Part shown: one piece after another, positions 11,456 to 24,540 of the stretch | Position numbering within the stretch: position 1 is the stretch's first letter | How the letters are laid out: every line of letters begins with the position of its first letter | Notes under the pieces: model-generated | What the model was told of the DNA's origin: nothing | The model's input: only the letters and a program-made list of their open reading frames with translations | Databases searched by the model: none | DNA from: Cyanophora paradoxa CCMP329 | Taxonomy: Eukaryota > Plantae > Glaucophyta | Direction of reading: 5' to 3' | Length of the DNA stretch: 64,000 bases | Assembly: GCA_004431415.1 (NCBI GenBank) | Contig: QPMI01000484.1 | Coordinates: forward strand, 124,001-188,000 | Position numbers and translations under genes: made by a program

Positions 11456-13203
11456 TCACATTCCGAGCGTGAAGGCGGCGGCCGCGGCGAGGAACGCGGC
11501 GAGGGCGGCGAGGAGCGGGCTCGCCTGCTGCGCCGCCGCCGCTCCCGCGGGCCAGTACGACACGCCCGACCCCACCTTGGACGCTGGCGGGGAAGTTAGA
11601 GAGCGCGTTGCGGCCTCGCGATCGGGCCCCGGGGCGCGGGGGACGGGGAGGGAGGGGCCGGGGGTGGCCGCGGGCGCACGGGCGAGGGCGCGGGTGATGG
11701 TGGAGGCGGTGACGTTGAAGCCGGGGATGTTGAGGCCGCCCGAGGCCGCCAGCGTCCGCAGCTGCGCCTCAATCGCCGACAGCGACTTGGACGCTGCACC
11801 CGCCCCCGCCGCCGGGCCCCCGTGATCAGGCCCGGGCCCGAGACTCAGAATTCGAAGGGGAGATATCGATGGGAGGGGGAGGCGGGGCGGGGACCGGTGG
11901 TGCTCCCGCCGAGCGCCTCGACGATGAGCGTCGTGATCTCGAGGGAGGTCGCCCGCAGGCCGCGCCGCCGCGAGCTCTTCTCCTTGACGTCCGTCACGAA
12001 GATGCGGTCCTTGTCGACGGGCGGCGGCGGGTTGCTCAGCGCGGCCGCCACGCCCTTAATGTAGTTCTCCTGCGCGGCTCGCGATCGGTTGAGGCACTGC
12101 AGCCGCCGCAAGGGCGAGCGGCGCCTGCAGCTGGCGCCGCCCTGTCTGAAGACTCGCCTCGGTTTCCTCGTCGAAGTTGGCGGCGGTGGCATTCTTGCCG
12201 CCGGGGAGCTCGGAGAGGGTGACGACGAACTCGACGGCGTTGACGCCCGCTGTCACGTTCTGCGCCGGCGTTGCCTTTGGCTTCGACGCTGCCGCGCGCC
12301 GCGGGGATCAGCCGTGGCGCGCGCGCGGCGCTCGCTCGCGCCCAGCGGGGCGGGCGGCCGTGTGCGGGCTCACTCGGGGTCGGGGCCGCCGGGGTGGGAG
12401 CGGCGCCGCCGGCACTGGCGCCGGCGCCGCCCGGAGGCGAGGGCGAGGGGCTCGCGATCGGGCTCGGCGAGGGGGTCCCGCTGGGGGACGGCGAGGGGGA
12501 CGGCGAGGGGGACGGGGCGGCTTGGACGCAGTGGCCGGCCGTGGGCGTCGGGAAGTTGCCGGTGGCGAAGAGCGTGAAGAGGGCGGGGCCGAGGTCCGCG
12601 GCGGAGGCAAAGGTCGTCACGTTGACGGAGACGGTGTGCTTGCCCCGCGCCGACGCGGGGAGCGCGATCTGCTCCACGACGTTGAGGCTGTCAGGCCCCT
12701 GCGCGACGAACGCCCGCGGCCGGTCGACGTCGCGAAAGCTGTGAGCTCGAGAGAGAGACTGCATGCAGCTGCATGTGAATAAAAAACTCCACGATCCAAA
12801 TGCACCGTCAAGCCGTTGGGGTAGTACTTCTTGCCGGTGCCCAGTTCCTGATCGATGGAGGGAAGAGGGATTATATATATATATATTACGTGCAAGTTCG
12901 CGAAATTAAAGCTCAAGGGAGCTAGATGATGATTAGAGGGCGGACCACGACGGTGAGGTCCATGTTGTTGACGAGGGTCAGAGAGGCGCCGACCTCTGCG
13001 GCGGGGTCCAGGTAGACCTGCACCGCACATCCGTATACAACAGCGTCGGGGATTGATCGCGATCAGCACTCGCGCGCCGATGGCGACGAGCTCGAGCGCA
13101 CGAGGGTGGTGCGGAAGGGGGCGGCGCCTCCGTCCTGCCCCGTCAAGTCGACGCAGAACTCGAAGGCGGCCCCGAGGTTCGCCGCTGTCACGTTCTTTTC
13201 GTG
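11456..13203 (-). pseudogene. S8 subtilase paralog B, 3' exons: KP-43 C-terminal beta-barrel, (SP)n linker, GPI-signal-like tail; separated from the rest of the gene by the LINE
   Basis: Exons HEKNVTAANLGAAFEFCVD...PFRTTL, VYLDPAAEVGASLTLVNNMDLT (cf. KP-43 TLVNDLDL), ELGTGKKYYPNG, DSLNVVEQIALP (cf. NNVE), SPSPSPSPSPS, and terminal ...QQASPLLAALAAFLAAAAAFTLGM* (stop 11456-11458). Confidence 0.85.
13186..13203 (+). repeat. Left 18-bp target-site duplication of the giant LINE
   Basis: tgtcacgttcttttcgtg, identical to 43277-43294. Confidence 0.95.
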
Positions 13204-13210
13204 AAAAACG

Positions 13211-14941
13211 ATGTACCCAGGCCATCGCGAAGGCCTGCGCGTACGGGACACTGGCGATGCTAGCGCATCGTCCAGCAGCATAAACAGCCTTCCGGCACCA
13301 AACGGAGCTGGAGGACACCGCCCGAGCACACCGGAGCCGAAAACAAGGCTCGCGACGCAACGCCAACAACAAGATGCAATCCAAGCGGCGTCGCAGCTCA
13401 GCGGTGCAGAGGGAGTCGAACGATGTGGCGCCGCGCTCACTCTCGAGCCGAGCGACCACCAAGAAGTCAACGCCGCCCGCGACGGAATTCGAGCCGGGCG
13501 GCGACCGACCGAACTAGCTCCTTCTGCTTGCAGAAGCCCCCGTGCGATGCGCCCTTGCGAAGGGACATCACCCCGCCTCGCGCGTCGTTCGCGCCACCCG
13601 CCCGGGCCTCACGCCCGCCCCGCAGTTCTCAAATCACCCTTCTTTCACTGCGTGGCGGGCGCGGGCGGCCGACGCTCGAACGACGTGCCCCCCGCGTTCG
13701 CTGCCGACGCTAAAGGCATGCCTCGCTTTGGCCGATGTCATGGGGCCTTACACCGTCGTCGTGCGGTTTGGCTATCCATGAATAAGCCCCCCCTCAATCC
13801 ACACAGGAGCCGATGTAACGGGGCCTTACACCGTCGTCGTACGGTTTGGCTATCCGTCCGGTCTCCCCCGCTGCGCCGATGCCACGGGGCCACACGCCGT
13901 CGTCGAGCGGCCCGGCTCTCCGAGGATAGGCAACCCGCGCGTCGATCCCCCGGGGCCGCAAGGCTCACCGGGGTAAGATGCCCCCCCGCTGTTCGCTCTC
14001 CGCCGCGCGCGCCCTCCCGCCCGCCTGCACGCCGCCCGCCTCCCCACCTCGACCCTCTCATGCCACACCTTCCTCGCAGGAAACTGGGTCTCCGGCATGA
14101 TGTCTCCACCCTTGGTCTGTTCTCTTTTCTTTTCCTCGCCCTCCTCCCGCCGGCGGCCAGCCTCGCTCCGGTCCTCGGATCCCTAACTGCACCCACCACC
14201 TGGGCTCTCCCCTCCACCCCTATCCTCGAGACCCGCGAGTCTCCTCTCTCTAGCTTCACAGGGGCTCTTATAACCTCCCTCCTTCTCTCCATAGCCCTCC
14301 TCCTTTTCGATCTCCCCCACGTGCCCCCCAGCCCCGCATCATCTCGGGGCCCGCACCGTAACCCAGACTCCCGCCCATACCCCGCCCCATCCCCCTCCCC
14401 CCCCGCTCCACCCGGCCCTGGCTCAACCCGCCCCCGCCGACGTGTCTGGCGCCACCTCTCCAAGGCCGCTCGCCGCCGCCTGCGCCGTGCTCGTCCGCGC
14501 CGGCATCTCCAGACCACCCTCCCCCTCCCCCCTACCGCTACCTGGGTACCCAGATCCCCCTATTCCCCCTACACGTCCCGCCCTACACCTCGGTCCCCCC
14601 GCCGCCGTCACTCCCGTCGCTTTCGTCGCTTTCTGACTCCCTCCCTCCCACCTCCCCCGGCCCCCGCCTCATCCCCCGCCCCTCCGGATCCCACGACCTC
14701 TCTCTCTGCCCCTACAACCCAAACGCTTGCCCTACGCCCCTCCTCCTCCGCTCGCCAACGGACACGCACTGCCCGCCCGCCCCCCCCCCTCCCTATGCGC
14801 CCCTCTTTCTCCACGGCCCGCGCAAGCCGCAATTTCGCCGCCGCCGTTCTTCTTCGCTCTCACTGGTTGCCCGCCCTGCCACCTCCCCCACGCTTCCGAC
14901 CCGACCACCTCGCCCGCCCTTTCGGTCCGGCACTCGACTAA
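13211..14941 (+). CDS. LINE 5' ORF (576 aa), Pro/Arg-rich with two hydrophobic segments; function unknown
   Basis: ATG lies 7 nt inside the element end. Hydrophobic segments LGLFSFLFLALL and FTGALITSLLLSIALLLF. Low complexity, so it may be UTR. Confidence 0.3.
   Translation: MYPGHREGLRVRDTGDASASSSSINSLPAPNGAGGHRPSTPEPKTRLATQRQQQDAIQAASQLSGAEGVERCGAALTLEPSDHQEVNAARDGIRAGRRPTELAPSACRSPRAMRPCEGTSPRLARRSRHPPGPHARPAVLKSPFFHCVAGAGGRRSNDVPPAFAADAKGMPRFGRCHGALHRRRAVWLSMNKPPLNPHRSRCNGALHRRRTVWLSVRSPPLRRCHGATRRRRAARLSEDRQPARRSPGAARLTGVRCPPAVRSPPRAPSRPPARRPPPHLDPLMPHLPRRKLGLRHDVSTLGLFSFLFLALLPPAASLAPVLGSLTAPTTWALPSTPILETRESPLSSFTGALITSLLLSIALLLFDLPHVPPSPASSRGPHRNPDSRPYPAPSPSPPAPPGPGSTRPRRRVWRHLSKAARRRLRRARPRRHLQTTLPLPPTATWVPRSPYSPYTSRPTPRSPRRRHSRRFRRFLTPSLPPPPAPASSPAPPDPTTSLSAPTTQTLALRPSSSARQRTRTARPPPPLPMRPSFSTARASRNFAAAVLLRSHWLPALPPPPRFRPDHLARPFGPALD
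13735..13925 (+). repeat. Three diverged direct repeats near the LINE 5' end
   Basis: ggggccttacaccgtcgtcgt(g/a)cggtttggctatcc at ~13742 and ~13820; diverged ggggccacacgccgtcgtcgagcggcccggctctcc at ~13885. Confidence 0.75.
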
Positions 14942-14983
14942 CACGCACTATCCTCTTATCCCGCTGTCCCGAACCCAGCGGCC

Positions 14984-17900
14984 ATGGCCATGTACACTCC
15001 CCCGAACCCACCCCCACCCCTACTCCCCCCATGCCCCCAGCTCCTCGCACCCCCACCCTCCCCCGCCCTCTCTCCCGCCCTCCCCCCTCTCATCAGACGC
15101 CCCCTACAGCGCGGCCGCCCCATTATAACATCCCCAACAACCTCACCTACCCATGCCTTCTCCTCCTCTTTCTTCTCAACCAAATCTTCTTTCCCCTCCC
15201 GGTCTCCCCCTCAACCCCGCGCCCCCTACCCCACCTCTCCTTCCCCTGCCCCCACCCTCCCCCTCCCAGCCCCCCTCTCAGTCTGCCCCCAACACGCCCC
15301 CAGTCCACGGGCCCGCCCTATCCTGGATGTCCCGAGCTCTCACCCTGACATCAACCCAGCCCCCCCCCCCCCTAGCCGCATCCCGCCCTCCCTGGTCGCA
15401 CCTCCCGCCTCCCTTCTCCAACTTCCCTCCGCCTTTCTGCTCCCTCCCTGCCTTTTTCTCCTCCTCCTATTGCACCGCCTGACAACCCCCCTCTTCAACC
15501 CCACCCCTGCCCCACATGCTCTCCGGGATTTCCTTGCACAAGGACGCCACCGGTTCGGTTCGCCCCTCTCCCCAGCACGCACACCTCCCCCTCCATACCT
15601 CCCGTTAGCAGCCCTTCTTCTCCATCTTTACCTCGCGTCCCCGGCCCTCCCCACTATTCTTCAAATCGGCGCCTCCGCCCGCTTCCTGCTTGGCTCCCTC
15701 CCACTCCTCCCTCTCTCTCTCCTCGGGGACCCCCCGCCCTACTCCCCCCCCGCGCCTCCCCCCACTCCACCAGACTCCCCCCACCAAACCCCCCTTGCGG
15801 CGGGGTGCCTCCTCTGCACCCTCATTCTCGCACGCCGCCGCTTCCCCTCCTCGCCCTCTAACCACGCCTTACTTAGTCTTCTCACCCTCCCCCTCCACCC
15901 CCCGCCCCCACCGCTCCCCCGATACTCCCCCATCCTCCCTCCCTACGCTAGCCTCCTCGCCGCTCTCGCCTGGGCTCAGCTTACTGCAGCCATCCTCAAT
16001 TTCCCCCCTTTAGCATTCGAACTCCTCCTGACCACTCCGGCCTCCCTAGCGGCAGAATGGCACGTCCTTGTCTGCACAACCTTCCACTTCCTAGTAGACC
16101 TCCGGCGAGCCCTGTACGAGGCAGCAGACCCGGGCGGAACTCCCCTCTCTCTCTCCCTCATCGCCACCGCCCCACTCATCCTTCTCCACTTCTCCCGGCC
16201 CGAGCCCATTGAATTTGTCAGTCTTATCACTGCGGCATCCCTCGCGGGTTTTGCGCTCCAATCTCTCCTCGATAGTATCTCTCCCCGCGGCCCCCTCCTC
16301 CAAGCTCCGTACCCGAACGCCGTCCCCGTACCAGTGATTCGCTCCCTCCTCCTCCTTTCCCTATTTACACACACGGAGACGCGCACGGCCACACCAAGCC
16401 CTCCTCCCGCCCGGCCCAGCGCCTCCGCCCTGGCTGTACTCGCGTTCACGCTCGTGCTCGCCGGCTTGTTGTGGACCGTCTTAACAAAAATTTCCAGTCA
16501 CTGTACCTCCCCCCTACCCTGGGGGGTACGCACACGCGGCAATCCCCGATTCTCACCTGCACAACTCACAACCCGGCCCCTGCATCTCGCCGCCATGGGC
16601 CGGAAAAGTGGCAAATCCCCAGCTGACCCCAATATTCCCGAGTCTGATCTGGGAACAGCCCCACCCGACCCAACGGACTCCCTAGCGACCTCGCTCTCGA
16701 CGGCCGCGACCCTCCCTTCCGGATCCCAAGGGCAGTCCGAGCCACCCCTTCCGTCAGCAACTCCCCTCCCAGCCGCCGAGGGCATCCCGGAGGAAACCAC
16801 CCACCCTGCGATCTCGGCGGCCCGAACGCAATCAGAACAGCGTTTCGGTCCGGGCCCCACCTCTCTCATCCTCCCCATTATCGCTTTCATCACTCACTGG
16901 ACCACAGCGGCCGTCCAGCAGACAAAGAACAGTTTGTACGGAGCAGTGGCGATCCGGCGCCAGATCTTTTCCTCCCCCTCTGCTCTGCTAAAAGCCTCCC
17001 CGGAGAACACAGCCTCCGGCTGCCGACGCCCCCTCCCAGACCAAGCCCGTAACACCCTCGTCATCGTGGCTCCCTACACCTCATTCATGCCGGCCATGCC
17101 GCCCGGCTTCCTGGCCCTCGCAGAAGGCAAACTGACAGCCGCAAACCAAGACTACGTCAAAGCAAACCGTGGCTACGGCAACAATTTCCTTCGCGACCAC
17201 CCGACTCACCCAGCACACGGCAAGCTCAACCTGAACGGCGCAATCCCCACTGTCTTCAGCGGCACTGAGCGGGATAGCCGCCGTACCTACGCGACTCAGG
17301 CAGTGGGATTCCTGGTCAGCAACAGCCCCGCCCTGACTCTTTTCCACCAGCTCCCAACCCCACTCCCCAGGTTGATCCCATCGGCCACTGGACTCCTGAA
17401 TTCCAGAACAAAGTACTCGACTGGGCGGCCCAAGACCTCGCCCTCCCGGACCGCAAAGGTGCTCGCGGCGCACTCCTCGACGACTACCGCGCCCTCCTGG
17501 AACCCCAAGCTGACCGCGAACTCTACGAATACGTCGTACGCACTTCTCCTAGCTGCACACCGCACTTGCGCTCACTCCCAGCCTATGCAGATCCGCCACG
17601 CGGCCCCCGGCGGGCCCCTACGCGCAGAAGACGGATCCGCGGTCACTACCACGCTCGCCGAAGTTCTGACGGACTTCCAACGGTACCTTTTCAACGTTCT
17701 CCAGGCAGGCGGCACAGCACCGGACGTCGCCGGCCGCGCCGCAATCAACGCCATGCAAGCCCTCACGTACAACAGCAAACTCGACGGTCATGAGGCCTTC
17801 GTCCTCGTGGATAGCAGCACGCACCGCATCCTGTGCGCGGCAGACCCCGCCAACCAGCTCCCTCCGGCCGAGGCGGTCATGGCCAGCGCCTTCTTCCCCT

Positions 17901-18621
17901 CCCTCCTCGGATGCGCTCTCTGCCTCCCGCGCGGCCTCCACTCCGACGATCACCTCCGCAGCGCCTCCTTCTCCCTGTTTATCCCGGGCTCCACCGCTCC
18001 CTCGTTTCAAGCGGTATCTTACATCACGCGCGCCCTCTATCTCCAGGGGATCACGGTCCTGGGCACGATCCACTCCTCGCTCTCCGCCGGTAACCCAACC
18101 CTCGTGGTCGTATGCGCGCTTGACTCCTACGCTTCGCTCCCCCTCCCGTCGCGCCGCCTCTCCTTCTCCGATGACGGCCTCGCACTCCAAGCTTTCTTCC
18201 GCACTTTCAACATCGTCCGCCTCTTTCCTTTTTCTCACCCCATTCCTCGACGTAACGCTACCCTCAGGGAACTGAAGCTGCCCCGGTGCTGGTGGAAACC
18301 TATGAAATACTACTCACGCCTCCGGCCTCTGATCTCTCACTTGACCTCACCTACGGCGATTTCAACCTCGACCTCACGGTCGCGCTCTCCAAGTGCTGCA
18401 CTAAGTGCCGCACCGGGCCACACCCTACCGACTGGTTCCACGGGCCCATCACATGCCGGGTGCTCCCACTCCTGCTGCCCCCCACCCCACCCGCGGCCCC
18501 TCACCTCCTCGTAGGCCAAACGCCAGCGCACTTCCGATGTAATCATGCTGGCGGCTCCCCGACCCTTGCCTCCCCGCCTGTATCGTCGCCTTTGATCTCG
18601 CGCCGCAAGGCCCGCTTCTAG
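14984..18621 (+). CDS. LINE ORF1-like region: long hydrophobic N-terminal part, globular part from MGRKSGKS (~16594), C-terminal CCHC-like Zn knuckle (in a shifted frame)
   Basis: 1176-aa ORF 14984-18514 plus overlapping frame 18286-18621 with LTYGDFNLDLTVALSKCCTKCRTGPHPTDWFHGPITC (Cx2Cx4H...C). It lies upstream of the pol ORF. Confidence 0.5.
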
Positions 18622-21600
18622 CACTCATGTACTGGCCGCTGCACGTCCGTAAAAGGTTACAGTCTCACTTTACACCTCAGCCTGCCCGGCCCCCGCACCT
18701 GGCACATCCACTCCCACCCCTCACCCTCACTCCATTTGCACTTTCTGCACATGGCTCTGGGCGGAATAGCACACCCATGCCCCAATTTCAAATTCATAAT
18801 CGACAGACCCCACAGGCCCCGCGGCCCCCCCAGACAGCACTCGCCGCCTCCGTACCGAGCACATACTCTCACTCCAACAGCCCTTGCCAGCCGCCGTCCA
18901 GACCCCACTCACCGCCTACCTCCCCCCCCCCGCACACATCGGCCCAGTGTGATCTGCAGGACACCGTCAGCCCCCCCAACGCCCGCCGCCGCGCTAGGGT
19001 CGGCGGACCTGAGCCCGGGGCGGGATCGCCGACGCACCCCTACGCGCCGCCCGCCCTGCCCCCGCCTACGCCGGCTCTGCACGCCTACAAGACAGCCTCA
19101 GCCCCCCGACGCCCGCCGCCGCACTACGACCGATGCCCGACGCTATGCTCAGGCCAACGACCTGATCCTGAAGCGCGAACGCCGCCGAGCCCCCACGCGC
19201 CGCCCGCCTCGCCCTCGCCCGCGACAGCTCCGCGCGACCTGCAAGAACCTATCAGCCCCCCCGCTGCCCGACGAAATACTCAGGCTGCCGAACCTGGGCC
19301 TACAACGACGCCACCACCCGACCCTCGCGCGCCGCCCGGTCGCCCCGCCGCCCGACACCATGCTAGGCCTGACGGACCAGAGACTGAGACGCCGTCTCCG
19401 ATAGCCTCTCCCACGCTGTCCGCCTCGCCTCCGCGGGCGACGGCTGCGCACGGCCGGCAGGAAATGCCGGGGCCCCGCGCGCCGCCCGTCTTCCTCCCGC
19501 CTGCACCGACGATCCCGCGGGACCCTACTACACCGGCTCTCTTGCCCGCACTCGCGCTGGAGCTCCGCGGCCTGCCGGCGGCTGCCCTACAAGATTCGAT
19601 CCAATGCCCGAGGCTTAGCGCTTGGGCCGAGGAGCCCGCGCCAACTCCACAGGACTCATCCCAGGTACATCCCGCCGAATCCGGGCGCGATATGCAGCTG
19701 CTGCTGGACCCCAGTGTGCCGTCCGCCTCTCTCCTGCCCGCAACGCTATGCGACTCGCGCGCTGGCCCGGAACGGCCGACTGCGCCGGACACCAGAATGA
19801 CTACCATCGCATCCTGCACAGCGCTCATCCTACGACACCCGGCTTCCCCCCCCCCATAGGGGTACATACCACCTCAGCTCCGCCCAGCCCAACCATGAAT
19901 CCGCTTGCCGCGGTTCACAACCTGATGGACCTCTCTCGGCAAACACTACGTAAGTGGCTCGACAGCACCCCCACTCACCGATCCCACTCGCCTGAAGCAC
20001 CCGCAGAAGATATCCACCGAGAGCTCACACACGTCAACATCCCCGACGACCAGGCGGATGAAGACGAGCGGGACGAGAACGCTCAAGCCCTTTCCGCCCG
20101 TCTTCGCCAGCTGCTCACCGGACTAGGCGGCTCTCCGACAGTAGAAACTTACTCTGATACTCTCCCAGCATCATCGGGTGCAATCCTTGCTACAGCGTCG
20201 CTGGTGAAACAGTAGCGGAAGCCTCAGCCACCACCCAGCTCGCCAACCCGGTAGTAGTCGTTCTCAACTGTGAGCCAGCCGGCGATTACTCCAGCTCAGC
20301 TAGCACCCTCAGCTACGCATCGGCATCCCCGCACTCGCCATCCCCGGACCACATCCAGCGTACCACCCTCGAAGCGGCGGAAGACTGGCGAGCTCACGTA
20401 GGATCTGAGCTAGCACGACGCGGCATCTTCCTGGTGCCAGCCACACCCACTTTCTTCACCTAGCGTGTACTGGCCCTCTCGAATGCGGCCTGCAGTCCGA
20501 ACGCTCCCTCCCCGCTTTCAGGGTCCGTCCCACTGCCAACCTCTTCACCCCCCTATACTCATACTCGCCAGCTCGATCCTCTCCTTCCTCCCGGCCCCGT
20601 AGCGCACGGGCGCCGGACCGCAACCGCCCAAATCCTGGCGGGACAACTGCGCAACCTCCTCCACGGCTACTGCGACCCGGACCGCACTTACGGCGTCCTC
20701 GCGGCCCACACGTCCGCACTCCTTCGGGGAGGCGACCCCGTTCTCATCCGCCTCGCTGCCTTAGGCCAAGTCCCTCTCACGGACCTTCTCTTGGGCGCCC
20801 TTATCCTTCTCATAGAAACCAATTCCCCCGATGCCTTCGAGACCTCCTCCCTCGACGCCTTTATCGAGGCCATCCTCTCCATCCGCCAATTTGGTATAAC
20901 CTTCGACCCCGACCTCAACATCTCCGAACTCACCCTTTTCCTCCCCCCGAAAACCGCTACCTCCCTTCTTCTCTGCCTCCCTGACTTCCCCTTCATCCCC
21001 TCCACCCTCTGGGCAGCCATCACCCACTCCCGGACACCCTCCCGCCGCTCCTTACTGCTCCTCCATCACCCGTTCCGCACTCACCACGACCGGGGCGACT
21101 TTGTTCTTCTTCTGGCCCGCTCTCCCGATCTCTTCCCCGACCCCCACCCACTCTAAACGAGAGCCCTTTCACGATAGGAAATTCCGCACCGAGAATTTTT
21201 CCGCCAAACTGGACGCTCTCACAACGCCTCTCCCCCTGCCCCTCTTTGGACTTCTCGCCGACCCCGAGTCCCTACCATACATTCTCCTTCTTTTCCCAAG
21301 GCCGCGTACTCCATGCTCCACCTCAAACTTCCCTCCCACTCACCACCTTCCCCACCCCTTCCACTCCTGCGAATCCACCTCCCCTCTCCGCACCCGTCCC
21401 ATATCACGGCCCGCCCCCGCCTTCTGTCCAACCCTAAAGCAAAGGACGACTACGATGACTTTCGGGCACCCGCTCTGGGACTCTTCGGTAGCGAAGGCGA
21501 CCAATACCTCCCGCTATCCCCCGGCTCCTCGCCGCCATCATCTGCCCCACTGCCTCGCCTCCGACTTCTTCTATCGGGATACCTCCTGGATCCACCCCGC

Positions 21601-21949
21601 TCACCGGTGCCCGGTACGCCGACATCACTCTCCCACTCGGTGCCGCCCCACGCTTACCCCCCCCGCAGGCGGCGTGACCCTCCTCCCCCCTCCTCCCTCC
21701 TCCCCCCCTCCCCCCCCTACCATCCCCTTCGACACCCCCGCCTGCTCCCCTCCCCGCGCCGACGTTTGCGCCGCGTTTATGAATACGACAAGTGGCCTCC
21801 CCTGCCTCACATACACACCCGGGCTACCCCCTCGAGCTCGAAGCCGCGATAGGGCTATCGCACCTGGGCCCGTACCGCGAACGTCATCGGGCCCCCGCAC
21901 GGCGCCCGATTTACCCTTGCCCGCGTCAGCTCCGCTTGTACCGGCAGAC

Positions 21950-24540
21950 CCCCGCGCGCCGCCCGCCCTGCCCCCGCCCGCGCCGGCCCCTCGCGACCTG
22001 CCGACAGACCTTAGCCTCCCCGACGCCCGCCGCCGCGCTCGGTCCAACGGACCTGAACCTGAAACGAGACCGCAGCCGAACCCCCGCGCGCCGCCCGCCT
22101 CTCCCCCGCCTCAGCCGTACCAGCGCGACGGACCAACGCCTGCAACGTTCCCACCGTCGTGCGCGTCGCCCGCCTCATCCTCGCCCAAGCCGACCCCGCG
22201 CGACCGGCCGGAGGCCCTTAGCCTCCCCGACGCCCACCGCCGCGCTCGGGCTGCCAGACCTGAGCCTGCAGCAAGGTTGCCGCCGACCTATCACGCGCTG
22301 CCCGCCTCGCTCCCACCCACGCCGACTTTGCGGGACCTGCCGGCAGACCTCAGCCCCCCCGGCGCCCGCCGCCGCGCTAGGGCTGACGGACCTGAGCCTA
22401 AGGCGAGACCCCTGCCGGCCTCCCACGCGTCGCCCGCCTCGCCCCCGCCCCAGCCGGACCCGCGCGACCTGCAGGGAGCTCTCAGCCTCCACGACGCCCG
22501 ACGTCGGGCCGACGGACCAGCGCCCGAGGCGATACCACCTTTGAGCCTCCGAACGCCGCCCACCTCACCCTCGCCCAAGCCGACCCCGCGCGACCGGCCG
22601 GCAGACCCTAACCCCCCCAACACCCGCCGCCACGCTCGGGCCGACGGACCTGAACCTGAAGCGAGACCGCCGCCGACCCCCCACGCTCCGCCCGCCTCGC
22701 TCCCGCCCCAGCCGGCCCAGCGCGACCGGCAGGAAGACCTCAGCCTCCCCGACGCCCGAAGCTGCGCCTGGGCCGACAGCTCCGAGCCTGCAACGAGACC
22801 ACCGCCGAGCTCCCACGCTCAGCCTGCCTCGCCCCCGCCCACGCCGGCCCCGTGCGCCCTGCCGGACGCCCTCAGCCTCCCCGCGGCCCAACGCCGCGCT
22901 CGGGCTGACAGACCTGAGCCTGCAGCCAGCTCGCCTCCGAGCTCTCACGCACAGTCCGCCTCGCCCCCGTCCACTCTGACTTCGCGGCCCCCCCGCGACC
23001 TGCACTACACTGTCCGCCCCTCCGATGCCCGGCTCTGCGCCCAGGCTGACGGACCTGGATTAGCCGCGAAACCGCCGACGGGCCCCAGCACGCCGCCCGT
23101 CCCGCCTCCGCTCCGGGCGCAGCACGATCTACAAGACGCTGTCAGCCTCTCCGCTGCCCGACTCCGCGCTCGCGCTGACGGACCTGGATCTGCAGTGCAG
23201 CCGCCGCCGGGCCCCGGCGCGCCGCCCGCCCTGCCTCCGCTCGAGCCGGCGCCACCGGGCCCCTGCGCGCCTCCGGTTCCGCCCCCGCCCTCGCCGGCGC
23301 GGTGCGCCCTGCAGGACGCTGTCGGTTTCCCCGCTGCCCGGCGCCGCGCCCGCGCTGACGGACCTGGACCCGACGTGCAGCCACCGCCGAGCCCCAGCGC
23401 GCCTCGCGCCTCGCCTCCGCCCGCGCCGCGCGACCTGCAGAACACTGTCGGCCGCCCCGCTGCCCGGCGCCGCGTCCGCACTGACGGACCTGGACCTGAA
23501 GAGAAGCCGCCACCGAACCCCAGCGCGAGCCGCGCCTCGCCTCCGCCCGCGCCGTGTGACCTGCAGGATGCTGTCGGCCGCCCCGCTGCCCGGCGCCGCG
23601 CCCACACTGACGGACCTGGACCTGAAGAGAAGCCGGCGACGGGCTCCAGCGCGAGCCAAGCCTCGCCCCCGCCCGCGCCGCGCGACCTGCAGGATGCTGT
23701 CGGCCGCCCTGCTCCCCGGCGCCGCGCCCGGACTGACGGACCTGGACCTGAAGAGAACCCGCTGACGGGCCCCAGCGCGCCACCTGTCTCGTCTCCGCCC
23801 ACCCCGCGCGACCTGCAGGGCGCTGTCGGCCGCCCCGCTGCCCGACGCCGCGCCCGGGCCAAAGGACCTGAACCTGAAGAGAATCCGCCGACGGACCCCA
23901 GCGCGCCGCCTGTCTCGCCCCCGCCCGTCCCGTGCGACCTGCAGGACGCTGTCGGCCGCCCCACTGCCCGGCGCCGCGCCCGCGCTGATGGACCTGGACC
24001 CGACGAGAAACCGCCGCCGAGCCCCAACGCACCGCCTGGGTCGCCCCCGCCCGCGCCGCGCGACCTTCAGGACGCTGCCGGCCGCCCCGCTGCCCCGCGC
24101 CGCGCCCGCGCTGACGGACCTGGATTTGAAGAGAAGCCGCCGCAGAGCCCCAGCGCGCCTCGCCCCTCGCCTCCGCCCGCGCCGCGCGACCTGCAGGACG
24201 CTGCCGGCCGCCCAGCTGCCCGGCACAGCGCCCGCGCTGACGGACCTGGACCTAATGTGAAGCCGCCGCCGGCCCCAGCACGCCGCCCGTCTCGCCTCCG
24301 CCCGCGCCGGCGCCGCGCGACCTGCAGGACGCTGTCGGCTTCCCTGCTGCCGGCGCCGCGCCCGCGCTGACGGACCTGGACCTAAAGTGAAGCCGCCGCC
24401 GGGCCCCAGCGAGCCGCCCGTCTCGCCTCCGCCCGCGCCGGCGCTGCGCGACCTGCGGGATGCCGTCGGCCTCCCTGCTGCCCGGCGCCATGCCCGTGCT
24501 GACGGACCTGCGGCGCCGAGCGCCCTGCAGGACGCGGTCG
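21950..24540 (+). repeat. Array of ~20 units of a ~126-132-bp GC-rich repeat (42-44 aa, RDLQDAVGRPAARRRARADGPGPEEKPPP...)
   Basis: gacctgcag(g/a)a core recurs with a 126-bp period (~23431, 23557, 23683, 23810, 23936, 24061, 24187). Mostly in frame within ORF 21101-24370. Confidence 0.9.
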
